From: an uncultured Candidatus Binatia bacterium
GTDB lineage: Bacteria > Desulfobacterota > Binatia > Bin18
Direction of reading: 5' to 3'
DNA: 64,000 bases
Assembly: GCA_965214605.1 (NCBI GenBank)
Contig: OZ243961.1
Coordinates: 3,712,001 to 3,776,000 of the forward strand
How positions within the stretch are numbered: the stretch's first letter is position 1; each line of letters begins with the position of its first letter. Below are positions 38,723 to 48,366 of the stretch, piece after piece. The position numbers and the translations under genes are program-made. The notes under the pieces were generated by a model. That model did not search any database. It was not told the DNA's origin and saw only the letters and a program-made list of their open reading frames with translations.

Positions 38723-40063
38723 CTACCTGGGGGGCGCTACTGGAGCGGGCTGGGGTGCTCCATCTGAGAGCTTCTCGACCTTAATCTTATCAATCCGCCG
38801 TTCATCCATATTCACAATCGTCATCCGATAGCCCTGGGACTGGACGATTTCTCCGCCCTTGGGAATGCGCTCTAGACGGGCCAACAGAAATCCGGCCAGG
38901 GTCCGATAGTCGTTCGTCTCCGCAATCGGCAGGCCGGGGTGTTCTTGCAAGTCAGCCAACGTCACCCCGCCGGCGATCAGCCACGCCTGCGGACCGATGT
39001 CCTGGATTGGCTGCTCTTCATCAACATCAAACTCGTCCTGAATCTCGCCTACAATCTCTTCTAGCAGATCCTCAATGGTGGCGATGCCGACCACTGTGCC
39101 AAACTCGTTGACGACAACGGCCAGCTGCATGCGACGCAGCTGGAGCTCACGTAGCAGGAGGCTGATTTGCATCGAATCAGGCACGAAGTAGGTCGGATGG
39201 ACAAAATCTTGCAGCGAGGCGTCATGCTGTTCCCGGCCGCGCAGCAGTTCTTTGAGGTGTACCACGCCGACAATGTGGTCAAGATCATCCTCAAAGATCG
39301 GCATCCGCGAGAAGCTGCTCTCGATCATGGCCTGGAGGGCATGTTGGGGAGACGTGTCTAGGCTCAGCGCCTGGATTTCGGTCCGGGGAGTCATCACCTC
39401 ACGGACCGAGGTGTCGGCAAAATCAAACACGCTCTGGATAAACTTCTGCTCGGTGGCGTCAAAGACCCCTCTTTGCGCGCCTTCGCGGATGATGTGCTTG
39501 ACTTCATCCTCAGACACAACGGCTTCGGCCGCCTTGGCTCCGGTCCCAGTCAGGTATAACAGTCCGTTGGTCGAAGCGGTGAGTAGTTTGACCCCGGCCG
39601 TAAACAGCCACGAGAAAATATCCAAGGGCCGTGCAACCCAAAAGGCGATCTGCTCGGAGTAACGCAGGGCCAGAGATTTTGGCACTAGCTCGCCCAACAC
39701 CAGCGAGAGGTAGGAAATGATTACCACCACCGTGGCAACGGCTAGGACTTGGCTCGACTCAGCCACAAAAGGCAGCGAACTCCGAGCGTACAGCGGGGCG
39801 AGATAGGCGACGGCCGACACTCCTCCAATGGCCGAGGCCAGTGAGCTGACCAGTGTCACCCCGATCTGGACGGTCGCCAGGAAACGGTCGGGATCGTTTC
39901 TGAGTCGTCCCAGCGTTCGGGCCTTCCGATCGCCCTCCTCAGCTAACTGATCAATGCGACTCCGCCGGACTGAAACCACCGCAATTTCTGAACCGGAAAA
40001 AAAGCCGTTGGCGATAATCAAGCCTAGGATAACCGTTATTTCGAACCACAGCTCAGTGACCAT
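38723..40063 (-). CDS. Hemolysin family / CNNM-CBS-CorC transporter
   Basis: NGFFSGSEIA, ATVQIGVT, GELVPKSLA, VREVMTPR, IEDLLEEIVGEI, TLAGFL. Confidence 0.93.
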   Translation of the reverse strand: MVTELWFEITVILGLIIANGFFSGSEIAVVSVRRSRIDQLAEEGDRKARTLGRLRNDPDRFLATVQIGVTLVSSLASAIGGVSAVAYLAPLYARSSLPFVAESSQVLAVATVVVIISYLSLVLGELVPKSLALRYSEQIAFWVARPLDIFSWLFTAGVKLLTASTNGLLYLTGTGAKAAEAVVSEDEVKHIIREGAQRGVFDATEQKFIQSVFDFADTSVREVMTPRTEIQALSLDTSPQHALQAMIESSFSRMPIFEDDLDHIVGVVHLKELLRGREQHDASLQDFVHPTYFVPDSMQISLLLRELQLRRMQLAVVVNEFGTVVGIATIEDLLEEIVGEIQDEFDVDEEQPIQDIGPQAWLIAGGVTLADLQEHPGLPIAETNDYRTLAGFLLARLERIPKGGEIVQSQGYRMTIVNMDERRIDKIKVEKLSDGAPQPAPVAPPR

Positions 40064-40255
40064 ACGCGTCCTCCTAACACGGCCACCCCGGACAGAATAT
40101 GCAGACCCGCCCGTGTCGCATGCCAGCCATCCTAGCATAGTCGGGCTGTTGACTCAGCAGGCAGACCGACCAGACTTGACCGATCCGCCCCTTCTTACTT
40201 TACAAGCTGAAAGCTGATAGCAGACCGCTGAGCGCTTCTTTCGTGGGAGGTGGGG

Positions 40256-43200
40256 GTGAAGACCAACGAGACCCCTCGTAACGGTATTACGATTACCGGC
40301 GCACGCCAAAACAATCTCAAAAATCTGGATATCGACATCCCCCTGAATCGGCTAACTGTCGTCACCGGGGTGAGTGGCTCGGGTAAGTCGAGCCTGGCCT
40401 TTGATATCTTGTATGCCGAGGGACAACGCCGCTATGTCGAGAGCTTTTCGGCCTATGCCCGTCAGTTCCTAGAGCGCATGGATAAGCCGCAGGCCGAGAA
40501 AATTGAGGGTATCCTGCCGGCTATTGCCATTGACCAAAACCGCCCGGTTCGGACTTCGCGTTCGACCGTCGGCACAATGACCGAACTGCACGACCATCTC
40601 AAGCTCTTATTTGCCAAGATTGGGGTGTTATATTGCCGCCAGTGCGGTCAGCCGGTCGAGCGTGATTCTGCCGAGTCGGTTTTCAGAAAGCTGTCCCAGC
40701 AGCAGCCCGAGGGTACACGCTTTTATGTCACTTTCAGCGTCTCTGTCCCGAGTACGCTGGCCTGGAGCGAAATCCGGGACGGCTTTGTCCGGACAGGGTT
40801 CTACCGCCTGCTTGTGGCTGGTACGCTCCTCGATATCCAGGAACTAGAAGCGCGGCCCGAGGGACTGGCCGATCAGCAACAGTGTACCGTTCTGGTCGAT
40901 CGCTTACGCCTCAGCCCGCGCAACAAAAAACGGACCCATGATTCGTTGGAGCAGGCCTTTCAGTACGGCAAGGGACGGTTGAGTCTTGTCTTTCCCGATG
41001 CTGGGCACGCCGAGCAGGCCTTTTCCAACCGACTGGAGTGCGCGGCGTGTCAGATCGTGTATAAAGAACCGATTCCCAATCTGTTCTCGTTTAACAGTCC
41101 GCTCGGCGCGTGCGAGAAGTGCAAGGGCTTTGGCCGGACGATTGATCTTGACCTGGAGTTGGTTGTCCCTGACTCGGGCCTATCGCTCCAGGACGGCGCC
41201 ATCAAACCATGGCGGATTAAGGCCGCTCAGTCGGAGCGGCGCGAACTGTTCGCGTTCTGCAAACAGCGGCGTATTCCGACTACTGTCCCGTGGCAAGACC
41301 TCAGCTCTGAGCAGCAACGGCTGATTCTAGACGGTGACGGTGAGTATTACGGAGTACGGGGCTGGTTTCAGTGGTTAGAGACCAAGACCTATAAGATGCA
41401 CGTCCGGGTGTTCTTGGCCCGCTATCGGGGCTATTTCCCATGCGACGCCTGTCACGGTGCCCGCCTCAAACCCGCATCCCTGCTGTACCGGGTTGGCGGT
41501 AAGACGCTGTCGGAAATCAACCTGCTCAGTGTGGGGGCGTGTTCGGAGTTTTTTGACGGCTTACAGCTGTCGGCCTTTCAGGATCAGGTCGCCCAACTCA
41601 TTCTGGCTGAGATTCGTAAGCGGCTGCACTATCTGGTCGAGGTCGGCGTGGAATACCTCACCCTGGACCGGCAGTCCCGAACCCTGTCCGGCGGGGAGCT
41701 GGAGCGGGTCGATCTGACCACTGCCCTCGGCTCGGCTCTGGTCAATACCCTGTATATTTTGGACGAACCCTCAATCGGTCTGCACCCGCGTGACAGCCAC
41801 CGGCTAGTCCGTATCCTGCAAAATCTGCGCGACAATGGGAATACGGTTGTAGTGGTCGAACATGACCCAGAGGTCATTAAAGAGGCCGATCATATTCTTG
41901 ATCTGGGACCGCTGGCCGGAGAGCAGGGCGGGCAGATTGTCTTCTCCGGTCCGTATAAAAAGATTCTCGCCGACAAACGGTCGCTGACCGGTAAATATCT
42001 CTCCCAGCGTCTGAGTATTCGGGTGCCTCAAACGCGTCGGGTGACCCAGCCTGGTCAGGCGCTGACCATTCTCAAGGCCGGGGCACACAATCTGAAAAAC
42101 ATCGATGTTGAAATCCCGCTGGGCTGCATGGTGTGTCTGACCGGGGTGTCGGGTTCGGGCAAATCAACGCTGGTTGAAGACGTGTTGTACCGGGGGTTGA
42201 AAAAGCGTTGGGGCGAGTCGGTCGGGATTCCCGGCCAGTGTCAGGATATTGTGGGGACCGAGCACCTTGCCGACGTGATTTTTGTCGATCAGAGCCAGAT
42301 CGGGACAACACCACGGGCAAATCTGCTGACCTATACACGAGCTTTTGAGCCGCTACGGCGTCTGTTGGCCGATACCGAGCTGGCTAAGCTGCGCGGCTAT
42401 ACCAGCGGAACCTTCTCTTTCAACGTTGAGGGCGGTCGGTGCGAGACGTGTAAGGGCGAGGGTTTTGAAAAGGTTGAGATGCAGTTTTTGTCTGATGTCT
42501 ACGTGCCGTGCCCGGAATGCCAGGGACGGCGCTTTCGCGCCGAGGTCTTGGAGGTCCGCTACCAGGGGAAGAACCTGACCGATATGATGGCCATGACAGT
42601 CAACGAGGCGTTGACGTTTTTTGCCGGTAAGACCGAACTGCAACGGCGCCTGTCTTCGCTAGCGGCCGTCGGTCTCAATTACGTCCGCTTAGGTCAGTCG
42701 TTGACGACCCTGTCCGGTGGAGAAGCACAGCGTTTAAAACTCGCCGCCCATATTGGCCGCGAAAAGACCCACACCGATCAGCCGGGCAAGACCCTGTTTA
42801 TCTTTGATGAGCCAACGACCGGTCTACATTTTGCCGATATTCAGAAGCTGCTGACCGCGTTTGAGAGTTTAGTTGAACGCGGCCACTCGGTCCTCATTAT
42901 CGAACATAATATGGACGTGATTAAGTGTGCTGATTATGTCATTGACCTCGGTCCGGAGGGCGGCGACGGGGGTGGCGAGGTGGTGGCACGAGGGACACCG
43001 GAGGCGGTGGCGCGGATCAAGCGGTCGCATACCGGGCGCTATCTTGCCCAGGTCTTGAGAGAAGCCAAACTGGGGCACAAGGCCGGAGACACAAGGCCGG
43101 GGGCACAAGGCCGGGGGCACAAGGCAAAAGCTCGGCGGTCTCCGAGCCCCAGCTCCGCTATTTGTGTGGTCGGGGCCAAGGAGCACAATCTGCAGGATAT

Positions 43201-45919
43201 TTCGCTCAATATTCCTCGGGATGAGATGATCGTGGTCACTGGGCTGTCCGGGTCGGGCAAGTCTACGCTGGTGTTTGACATTGTGTATGCCGAGGGACAG
43301 CGTCGCTATATCGACAGCCTGTCGGCCTATTCGCGCCAGTTCATCAAGGTCTTGGCCAAACCGAATGTTGATCTGCTGACGGGTATTCCACCAACGGTTG
43401 CGATTGAACAGCGGATGAGCCGAGGCGGCCGAAACTCGACCGTGGCCACGGTGACCGAAATCTCGCACTATCTCAGGCTGCTCTATGCCAAGATCGGCGT
43501 GCAACACTGTGTGGTGTGCGGCCAGCCCCTGTCCGCTCAGAGCCGCAGCCAAATTTTTGAGCTGGTCCAAACCGACTTTAGCGGCCAACGGTTCACTGTT
43601 CTGGCTCCGGTTGTACGCGGCCGCAAGGGGTTTCATAAAGATGTTTTGGCCGGTGCACGCAAGCTGGGCTTTATGCAGGCCCGCATTGACGGCCAGATTG
43701 CCGAAATTCGGCCGAACATGAGTCTGGCTCGCTTTAAGGAGCACGATATTGAGATTGTGATTGGTCAGGTTGAGCTAGACCGCACGACTCAGCGGCTTGA
43801 AAGCCTGCTCCAGGACGCGCTCCGGATGGGCAATGGCGCGGTCCATATTGTGGGTAGTGAGACAGAGCGCATTTACAGCGAGAAGTTATTCTGCGTGCCA
43901 TGCGGTTTGGGCTATGAGGAGCTTGACCCGCGGATGTTCTCGTTTAATAGCCGCCAGGGGGCGTGTCCCGAGTGTAGTGGCCAGGGGCTTCGGTGGGAGT
44001 TTGACCCTCAGTTGCTGGTTCCTGATGCCCACAAATCACTCCAACAGGACGCGCTCTTGCCGCTGCTCGAAGTCGGGCTGAGACGGCAGTCGGCGCGTTT
44101 ACTGCGCGGCCTAAAGAAACACCGGGTGCCCCTAGATAAACCTTTTGGGCAGCTGACCGACAAACAGCGCCAGCTTGTCTTTCACGGCAATGACAAGGGC
44201 CTGCGGGGCGTGCTTGATATCCTGGGTGAGATCCTGACCGAGGGGGGCGAGACAGGTGGGGGCGGGGCCTTTTCCCTCTCACAGTTTCTCAGTCAGGTGC
44301 CGTGTTCGGGCTGTAAAGGTGCTCGGCTCAACGCTCGGGCCCGGGCCGTCCATGTCAAGGGCAAGGCCGTCTGGCAGCTTATGCAGATGTCGGTTACCGA
44401 CTGTCTGCGTCATATGGCTGACCTGTCCCTGGCCGGTCGTGAGCGGCTGATTGGCGAGCCAATCCTCAAAGAGATCATACCGCGTTTGTCTTTTCTCATG
44501 GAGGTCGGCCTGTCCTACCTGGCCCTTGATCGCCGCGCTGATACCTTGTCTGGTGGTGAGGCGCAGCGGATCCGTCTGGCCGCCCAGCTTGGCTCGAACC
44601 TGCGCGGGGTGTGCTATATCCTGGATGAACCCACCATCGGCCTCCATCCGCGCGATAATGAACGCCTGCTGGCGACTCTGCGCGGCCTGCAAGAGCGGGG
44701 CAATACCGTGCTGGTGGTCGAGCACGACGAGCAAACGATTGCTAATGCTGATGTGGTGATCGACCTCGGGCCGGGAGCGGGTACGCACGGCGGAAAAGTG
44801 GTGGCAATCGGCGCTCCAAACGAGTTACGCCACAATCCCGAGTCGCTGACTGGACAATTCTTGCAGGTCGCCCATCCTCGGCTCGGTCCGCTCCGCTCGC
44901 TGGAGGACAGGCCGCGCCTCTTCATTCGGGGCGCGCGCGAGCACAACCTGCAGAATATTGATGTGGAGCTGCCGATCGGCACCTGGGTGTGCATGACGGG
45001 TGTCTCGGGCTCAGGCAAAAGCTCACTGATCCAGGAAGTGCTGGTCAAGGGCCTCAGAAAACAGATGGGCCGCTTTGTCGGCCGGACAGGCATGCACGAT
45101 CGGATTGAGGGGGCTGAACCTATTGAGCGGGTAGTTGAGGTCGATCAGACGCCGATCGGGAAAACGCCGCGCTCAGTGCCGGCCTCCTACGTCGGACTGT
45201 GGGATGAGGTCCGTAAGCTCTTCTCAATGCTGCCCGAATCGCGCCTGCGGGGCTATAAGCCGGGTCGATTCTCGTTCAACGTCAAGGGCGGGCGGTGTGA
45301 AGCGTGCGCAGGCCAGGGGCGGCTGAAGATGGAGATGAGCTTTCTCCCCGAGGTGTATGTTAATTGCGAGGTGTGCGGCGGGCTACGTTACAACGAAGAG
45401 ACGCTTGAGATTGCCTATAATGGTAAGAACATTGCCGATGTCCTACACATGACGATTGAAGAGGCCGCCACATTTTTCCTGGGCGTGCCCAAAGTTGCCG
45501 GCCCGCTGCGACTACTGAACGATATCGGTATGGGCTACATCACGCTGGGCCAGGCCAGCAACACCCTGTCCGGGGGAGAGGCCCAGCGCATTAAATTGGC
45601 GTACGAGCTAGCTAAAGAGTCCCGGGGCAAGACTCTGTACGTCCTGGATGAACCCACCACAGGGCTGCACTTCGCCGATATCGAGAAGCTCATCACGACT
45701 CTGCATCGCCTAGTTGACAAGGGCAATACGGTGGTCACTATTGAGCACAACCTGGACATCATCAAAGAGGCCGACTATATCATCGACCTCGGCCCGGAGG
45801 GTGGTGAGGGCGGCGGCCAGATCGTGGCCTGCGGCCCGCCCCAGGACATCGTGCGCCACAGCAAGCGCTCGCATACCGCCCGCCATCTGCGGGAGTATAT
45901 GCAGGGGGCGGTCGGTTGA
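40256..45919 (+). CDS. uvrA: Double-length excinuclease ABC subunit A (UvrA-UvrA fusion)
   Basis: Four Walker A motifs (GVSGSGKS/GLSGSGKS), four LSGGE signatures, AEGQRRY twice, multiple CxxC fingers; GGAGG before the GTG at 40256. Confidence 0.95.
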   Translation: MKTNETPRNGITITGARQNNLKNLDIDIPLNRLTVVTGVSGSGKSSLAFDILYAEGQRRYVESFSAYARQFLERMDKPQAEKIEGILPAIAIDQNRPVRTSRSTVGTMTELHDHLKLLFAKIGVLYCRQCGQPVERDSAESVFRKLSQQQPEGTRFYVTFSVSVPSTLAWSEIRDGFVRTGFYRLLVAGTLLDIQELEARPEGLADQQQCTVLVDRLRLSPRNKKRTHDSLEQAFQYGKGRLSLVFPDAGHAEQAFSNRLECAACQIVYKEPIPNLFSFNSPLGACEKCKGFGRTIDLDLELVVPDSGLSLQDGAIKPWRIKAAQSERRELFAFCKQRRIPTTVPWQDLSSEQQRLILDGDGEYYGVRGWFQWLETKTYKMHVRVFLARYRGYFPCDACHGARLKPASLLYRVGGKTLSEINLLSVGACSEFFDGLQLSAFQDQVAQLILAEIRKRLHYLVEVGVEYLTLDRQSRTLSGGELERVDLTTALGSALVNTLYILDEPSIGLHPRDSHRLVRILQNLRDNGNTVVVVEHDPEVIKEADHILDLGPLAGEQGGQIVFSGPYKKILADKRSLTGKYLSQRLSIRVPQTRRVTQPGQALTILKAGAHNLKNIDVEIPLGCMVCLTGVSGSGKSTLVEDVLYRGLKKRWGESVGIPGQCQDIVGTEHLADVIFVDQSQIGTTPRANLLTYTRAFEPLRRLLADTELAKLRGYTSGTFSFNVEGGRCETCKGEGFEKVEMQFLSDVYVPCPECQGRRFRAEVLEVRYQGKNLTDMMAMTVNEALTFFAGKTELQRRLSSLAAVGLNYVRLGQSLTTLSGGEAQRLKLAAHIGREKTHTDQPGKTLFIFDEPTTGLHFADIQKLLTAFESLVERGHSVLIIEHNMDVIKCADYVIDLGPEGGDGGGEVVARGTPEAVARIKRSHTGRYLAQVLREAKLGHKAGDTRPGAQGRGHKAKARRSPSPSSAICVVGAKEHNLQDISLNIPRDEMIVVTGLSGSGKSTLVFDIVYAEGQRRYIDSLSAYSRQFIKVLAKPNVDLLTGIPPTVAIEQRMSRGGRNSTVATVTEISHYLRLLYAKIGVQHCVVCGQPLSAQSRSQIFELVQTDFSGQRFTVLAPVVRGRKGFHKDVLAGARKLGFMQARIDGQIAEIRPNMSLARFKEHDIEIVIGQVELDRTTQRLESLLQDALRMGNGAVHIVGSETERIYSEKLFCVPCGLGYEELDPRMFSFNSRQGACPECSGQGLRWEFDPQLLVPDAHKSLQQDALLPLLEVGLRRQSARLLRGLKKHRVPLDKPFGQLTDKQRQLVFHGNDKGLRGVLDILGEILTEGGETGGGGAFSLSQFLSQVPCSGCKGARLNARARAVHVKGKAVWQLMQMSVTDCLRHMADLSLAGRERLIGEPILKEIIPRLSFLMEVGLSYLALDRRADTLSGGEAQRIRLAAQLGSNLRGVCYILDEPTIGLHPRDNERLLATLRGLQERGNTVLVVEHDEQTIANADVVIDLGPGAGTHGGKVVAIGAPNELRHNPESLTGQFLQVAHPRLGPLRSLEDRPRLFIRGAREHNLQNIDVELPIGTWVCMTGVSGSGKSSLIQEVLVKGLRKQMGRFVGRTGMHDRIEGAEPIERVVEVDQTPIGKTPRSVPASYVGLWDEVRKLFSMLPESRLRGYKPGRFSFNVKGGRCEACAGQGRLKMEMSFLPEVYVNCEVCGGLRYNEETLEIAYNGKNIADVLHMTIEEAATFFLGVPKVAGPLRLLNDIGMGYITLGQASNTLSGGEAQRIKLAYELAKESRGKTLYVLDEPTTGLHFADIEKLITTLHRLVDKGNTVVTIEHNLDIIKEADYIIDLGPEGGEGGGQIVACGPPQDIVRHSKRSHTARHLREYMQGAVG
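43072..43127. repeat. 4 x 14-bp tandem repeat (GGGGCACAAGGCCG) in the UvrA inter-module linker
   Basis: Units: GGGGCACAAGGCCG, GAGACACAAGGCCG, GGGGCACAAGGCCG, GGGGCACAAGGCAA. Confidence 0.9.
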
Positions 45920-45951
45920 GAGATGGGATTATCCGACACATGGAGGTCAAC

Positions 45952-46368
45952 ATGCCACGCGGTCCAGTTGAGCAGCACATGGAGGACGCCGCCCGCACCT
46001 ATTTTGTGTGTGTGACCAAGGGCGATGTTGAAGGGATTTTGGCTTTATTCGCCGACGATGCGTGGCTGATCAACCCGATGACCGGAGAAGAGGGCATCCG
46101 GGGGAAGGCGATGCTGCGAGCGTTTTATCAGCAGCTTGTTTCAAGTCTGGTGGATTACCACGCCGCTCCGACCGATATTGTGATTGAGGACAACAAGCTT
46201 ATTGCACCCCTGCGCCTAGTTGGTAAGACCTCGGACGGTAAATCGATTGAGATGAATAATCTCAATTTTTGGACCTTTGAGAACGGCAAGTTCAAAACCT
46301 TGCGGATTTATATGGACACCTATCCGTACCGCCAAGCCCTGAGCCAAGCGCTGGGGGGAGGGCAATAG
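45952..46368 (+). CDS. SnoaL/NTF2-like protein
   Basis: GDVEGILALFADDA, IRGK, WTFENGKFKTLRIYMD; GGAGG before the ATG at 45952. Confidence 0.85.
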   Translation: MPRGPVEQHMEDAARTYFVCVTKGDVEGILALFADDAWLINPMTGEEGIRGKAMLRAFYQQLVSSLVDYHAAPTDIVIEDNKLIAPLRLVGKTSDGKSIEMNNLNFWTFENGKFKTLRIYMDTYPYRQALSQALGGGQ

Positions 46369-46394
46369 GGGGATGAAGAAGGGGTGGGTCCCGG

Positions 46395-47180
46395 TCAGAC
46401 CTGTGGCTTGCGGTTTGCCCGATAGAGTTCGAGCGAGACGTTGAATGTCCCGTCCTCCAGAGCCATGGCCCGGGCTTGATGAATCGCGCCAGCCAGCGCC
46501 TCGGCATCCAGGTCCCAGGCACGGTGTAAGAGCTGTTTGGCTCCTGCCGCGGCCTTGCCACCCAATCGGAGGCAACGGTCAATCAGCGCGCCCGTTTCGG
46601 CCTCCAAGTCTCCAGGCTCAACCAGCCGTGTCAGCAGACCCCAGCGATCTGCCTCGGCGGCGCTGAAACGCTGACCTAGCAGCACAATTTCTTTGGCCTT
46701 GGCCAGCCCGATCAGCTGGGGCAGACGGTACGGCTGGCCGACATCGGGCGGCGTGCCGTATAAGACCTGGGGCAGGGCAAAAAAAGCCGAGGTTGTCGCA
46801 ATCCGAAAATCGCAGGCTAACACCAGCTCCATGCCGGCCCCCAGGCACGGCCCGTGTATAGCCGCAATAGTCAGTTGCTCGACCCCCTCAAGCTTGTCAA
46901 GCGCCTGGCCCCAGGGCGCCCAGAGCGCCTGGAGGGCGTCACTGTTGTTGGGTCTGTGGGCGGCGGCCATCAGATCCATACCCGAACAAAAGCCGCGTCC
47001 CTCGGCTTTGAGAACGACGATGCGCAAACCTGGGGCGTGTTGTAGGGCGCTACACGCCTGTTTGAAGTCGGCGATGAGTTGACCATTGACGGCGTTGAGG
47101 ACCGCCGGGCGGTCGAGAACCAGAAAGCCGACCCGTTCGTCGTGTTCGGCTGTCTCAAAGCGGAGTGTGTCCCATTCCAT
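46395..47180 (-). CDS. Enoyl-CoA hydratase/isomerase family protein
   Basis: LDRPAVLNA, FCSGMDL, AAIHGPCLGAGMELVLACDFRIA, GQRFSAAEA. Confidence 0.9.
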   Translation of the reverse strand: MEWDTLRFETAEHDERVGFLVLDRPAVLNAVNGQLIADFKQACSALQHAPGLRIVVLKAEGRGFCSGMDLMAAAHRPNNSDALQALWAPWGQALDKLEGVEQLTIAAIHGPCLGAGMELVLACDFRIATTSAFFALPQVLYGTPPDVGQPYRLPQLIGLAKAKEIVLLGQRFSAAEADRWGLLTRLVEPGDLEAETGALIDRCLRLGGKAAAGAKQLLHRAWDLDAEALAGAIHQARAMALEDGTFNVSLELYRANRKPQV

Positions 47181-47367
47181 ACTCTTTCTCCCCTATGCTA
47201 GGATACAACATAGCAGAGCGCTGCGGAATTTGACACGTCCGGACTGCCCTGTCTTAAAGAAACGGGCAGGCTCTGGTAAGACAGGACAGGTCGATATTGC
47301 TGCGCCGGGCACTCGCGGCCCGACCGGCGGTCGGCAAGTCTACTGACAAGGAGACATGGCGTAACTC

Positions 47368-48366
47368 ATGGTACGACAGACACTCAGTCAACTACTCGAA
47401 AATATGACATCCGGGAGTACCGTTGCCCTGGCCCGACTGATGACTTTGGTCGAACGCGAGGGCCGAGAGGTCGGTCCCATTCTTGAGGCCATTGCTCCAC
47501 AGCTCGGTCATGCTTTCACCATTGGGGTGACCGGCCCGCCGGGCGCCGGGAAATCCAGCCTGGTCGACGGCTTAACCACGCTGATGCGTGCCGCCCAAAA
47601 GACGGTCGGGGTGGTGGCGGTTGACCCGTCGAGCCCCTTTTCCGGGGGAGCACTATTGGGGGACCGCATCCGGATGGGCCAGCACTATCTGGATAAGGGC
47701 GTGTTTATTCGCAGCATGGCCACACGCGGCAGTCATGGCGGTCTCGCTCGTGCTACGCTCGATGTGATGAAACTCCTCGACGCCTTTCGGTGCGATTACG
47801 TGTTGGTCGAGACGGTGGGGGTCGGCCAAACCGAGCTCGACGTGATGCGAGCGACCGATACGGTGATCGTCACCCTGGTGCCGGAGGCTGGCGATAGCGT
47901 TCAGGTCATGAAGGCTGGGTTGATGGAAATCGCCGATATTTTTGTTGTTAATAAGGCCGACCGTGATGGGGCACAGCGCATGATGACCGATCTGACGCTG
48001 ATGCTCGAACTCAAGTACAGTAACCAACCCGCCGACCAAGCCGAGGGCCCGCCGTGGCAAATTCCCGTCTTAGCCACCCAGGCGATCCATTCGATCGGGT
48101 TAGCTGAACTCGCTCAGGCGATTGAGTCCCACCATCAATTTTTAACCCACAAGGGAGAACTGGAACGCCGGCGGACCGTCCGACGGCGGGAAGAATTGCT
48201 GGCCCGGGTTGAGTACGAGGTACGGCGTCGCTTGAGCAACCAACTTGAGCTTGACCCGGCCCTCGCCCGCCTATTTGAGGAAGTTGGGTCGGGCAGGCTA
48301 GACCCCCATAGCGCATCCGAGAAGATTCTGAAGAGCGAATTTCTGAAGAATGGAGGAGAGTTATGA
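47368..48366 (+). CDS. meaB: Methylmalonyl-CoA mutase-associated GTPase MeaB
   Basis: TGPPGAGKS, DPSSPFSGGALLGDRIRM, ETVGVGQ, VNKAD. Confidence 0.93.
   Translation: MVRQTLSQLLENMTSGSTVALARLMTLVEREGREVGPILEAIAPQLGHAFTIGVTGPPGAGKSSLVDGLTTLMRAAQKTVGVVAVDPSSPFSGGALLGDRIRMGQHYLDKGVFIRSMATRGSHGGLARATLDVMKLLDAFRCDYVLVETVGVGQTELDVMRATDTVIVTLVPEAGDSVQVMKAGLMEIADIFVVNKADRDGAQRMMTDLTLMLELKYSNQPADQAEGPPWQIPVLATQAIHSIGLAELAQAIESHHQFLTHKGELERRRTVRRREELLARVEYEVRRRLSNQLELDPALARLFEEVGSGRLDPHSASEKILKSEFLKNGGEL

Noticed and set aside
40140-40250. LexA/SOS box upstream of uvrA
   Set aside because: No known LexA consensus recognisable by eye.
43072-43127. Repeat as a CRISPR array
   Set aside because: Units abut with no spacers, lie within a CDS, and there are no cas genes.
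47220-47300. Cobalamin riboswitch upstream of meaB
   Set aside because: Only a CCGGACTGCCC fragment resembles it; the GCCACTG, GGGAAG and B12-box elements are absent.
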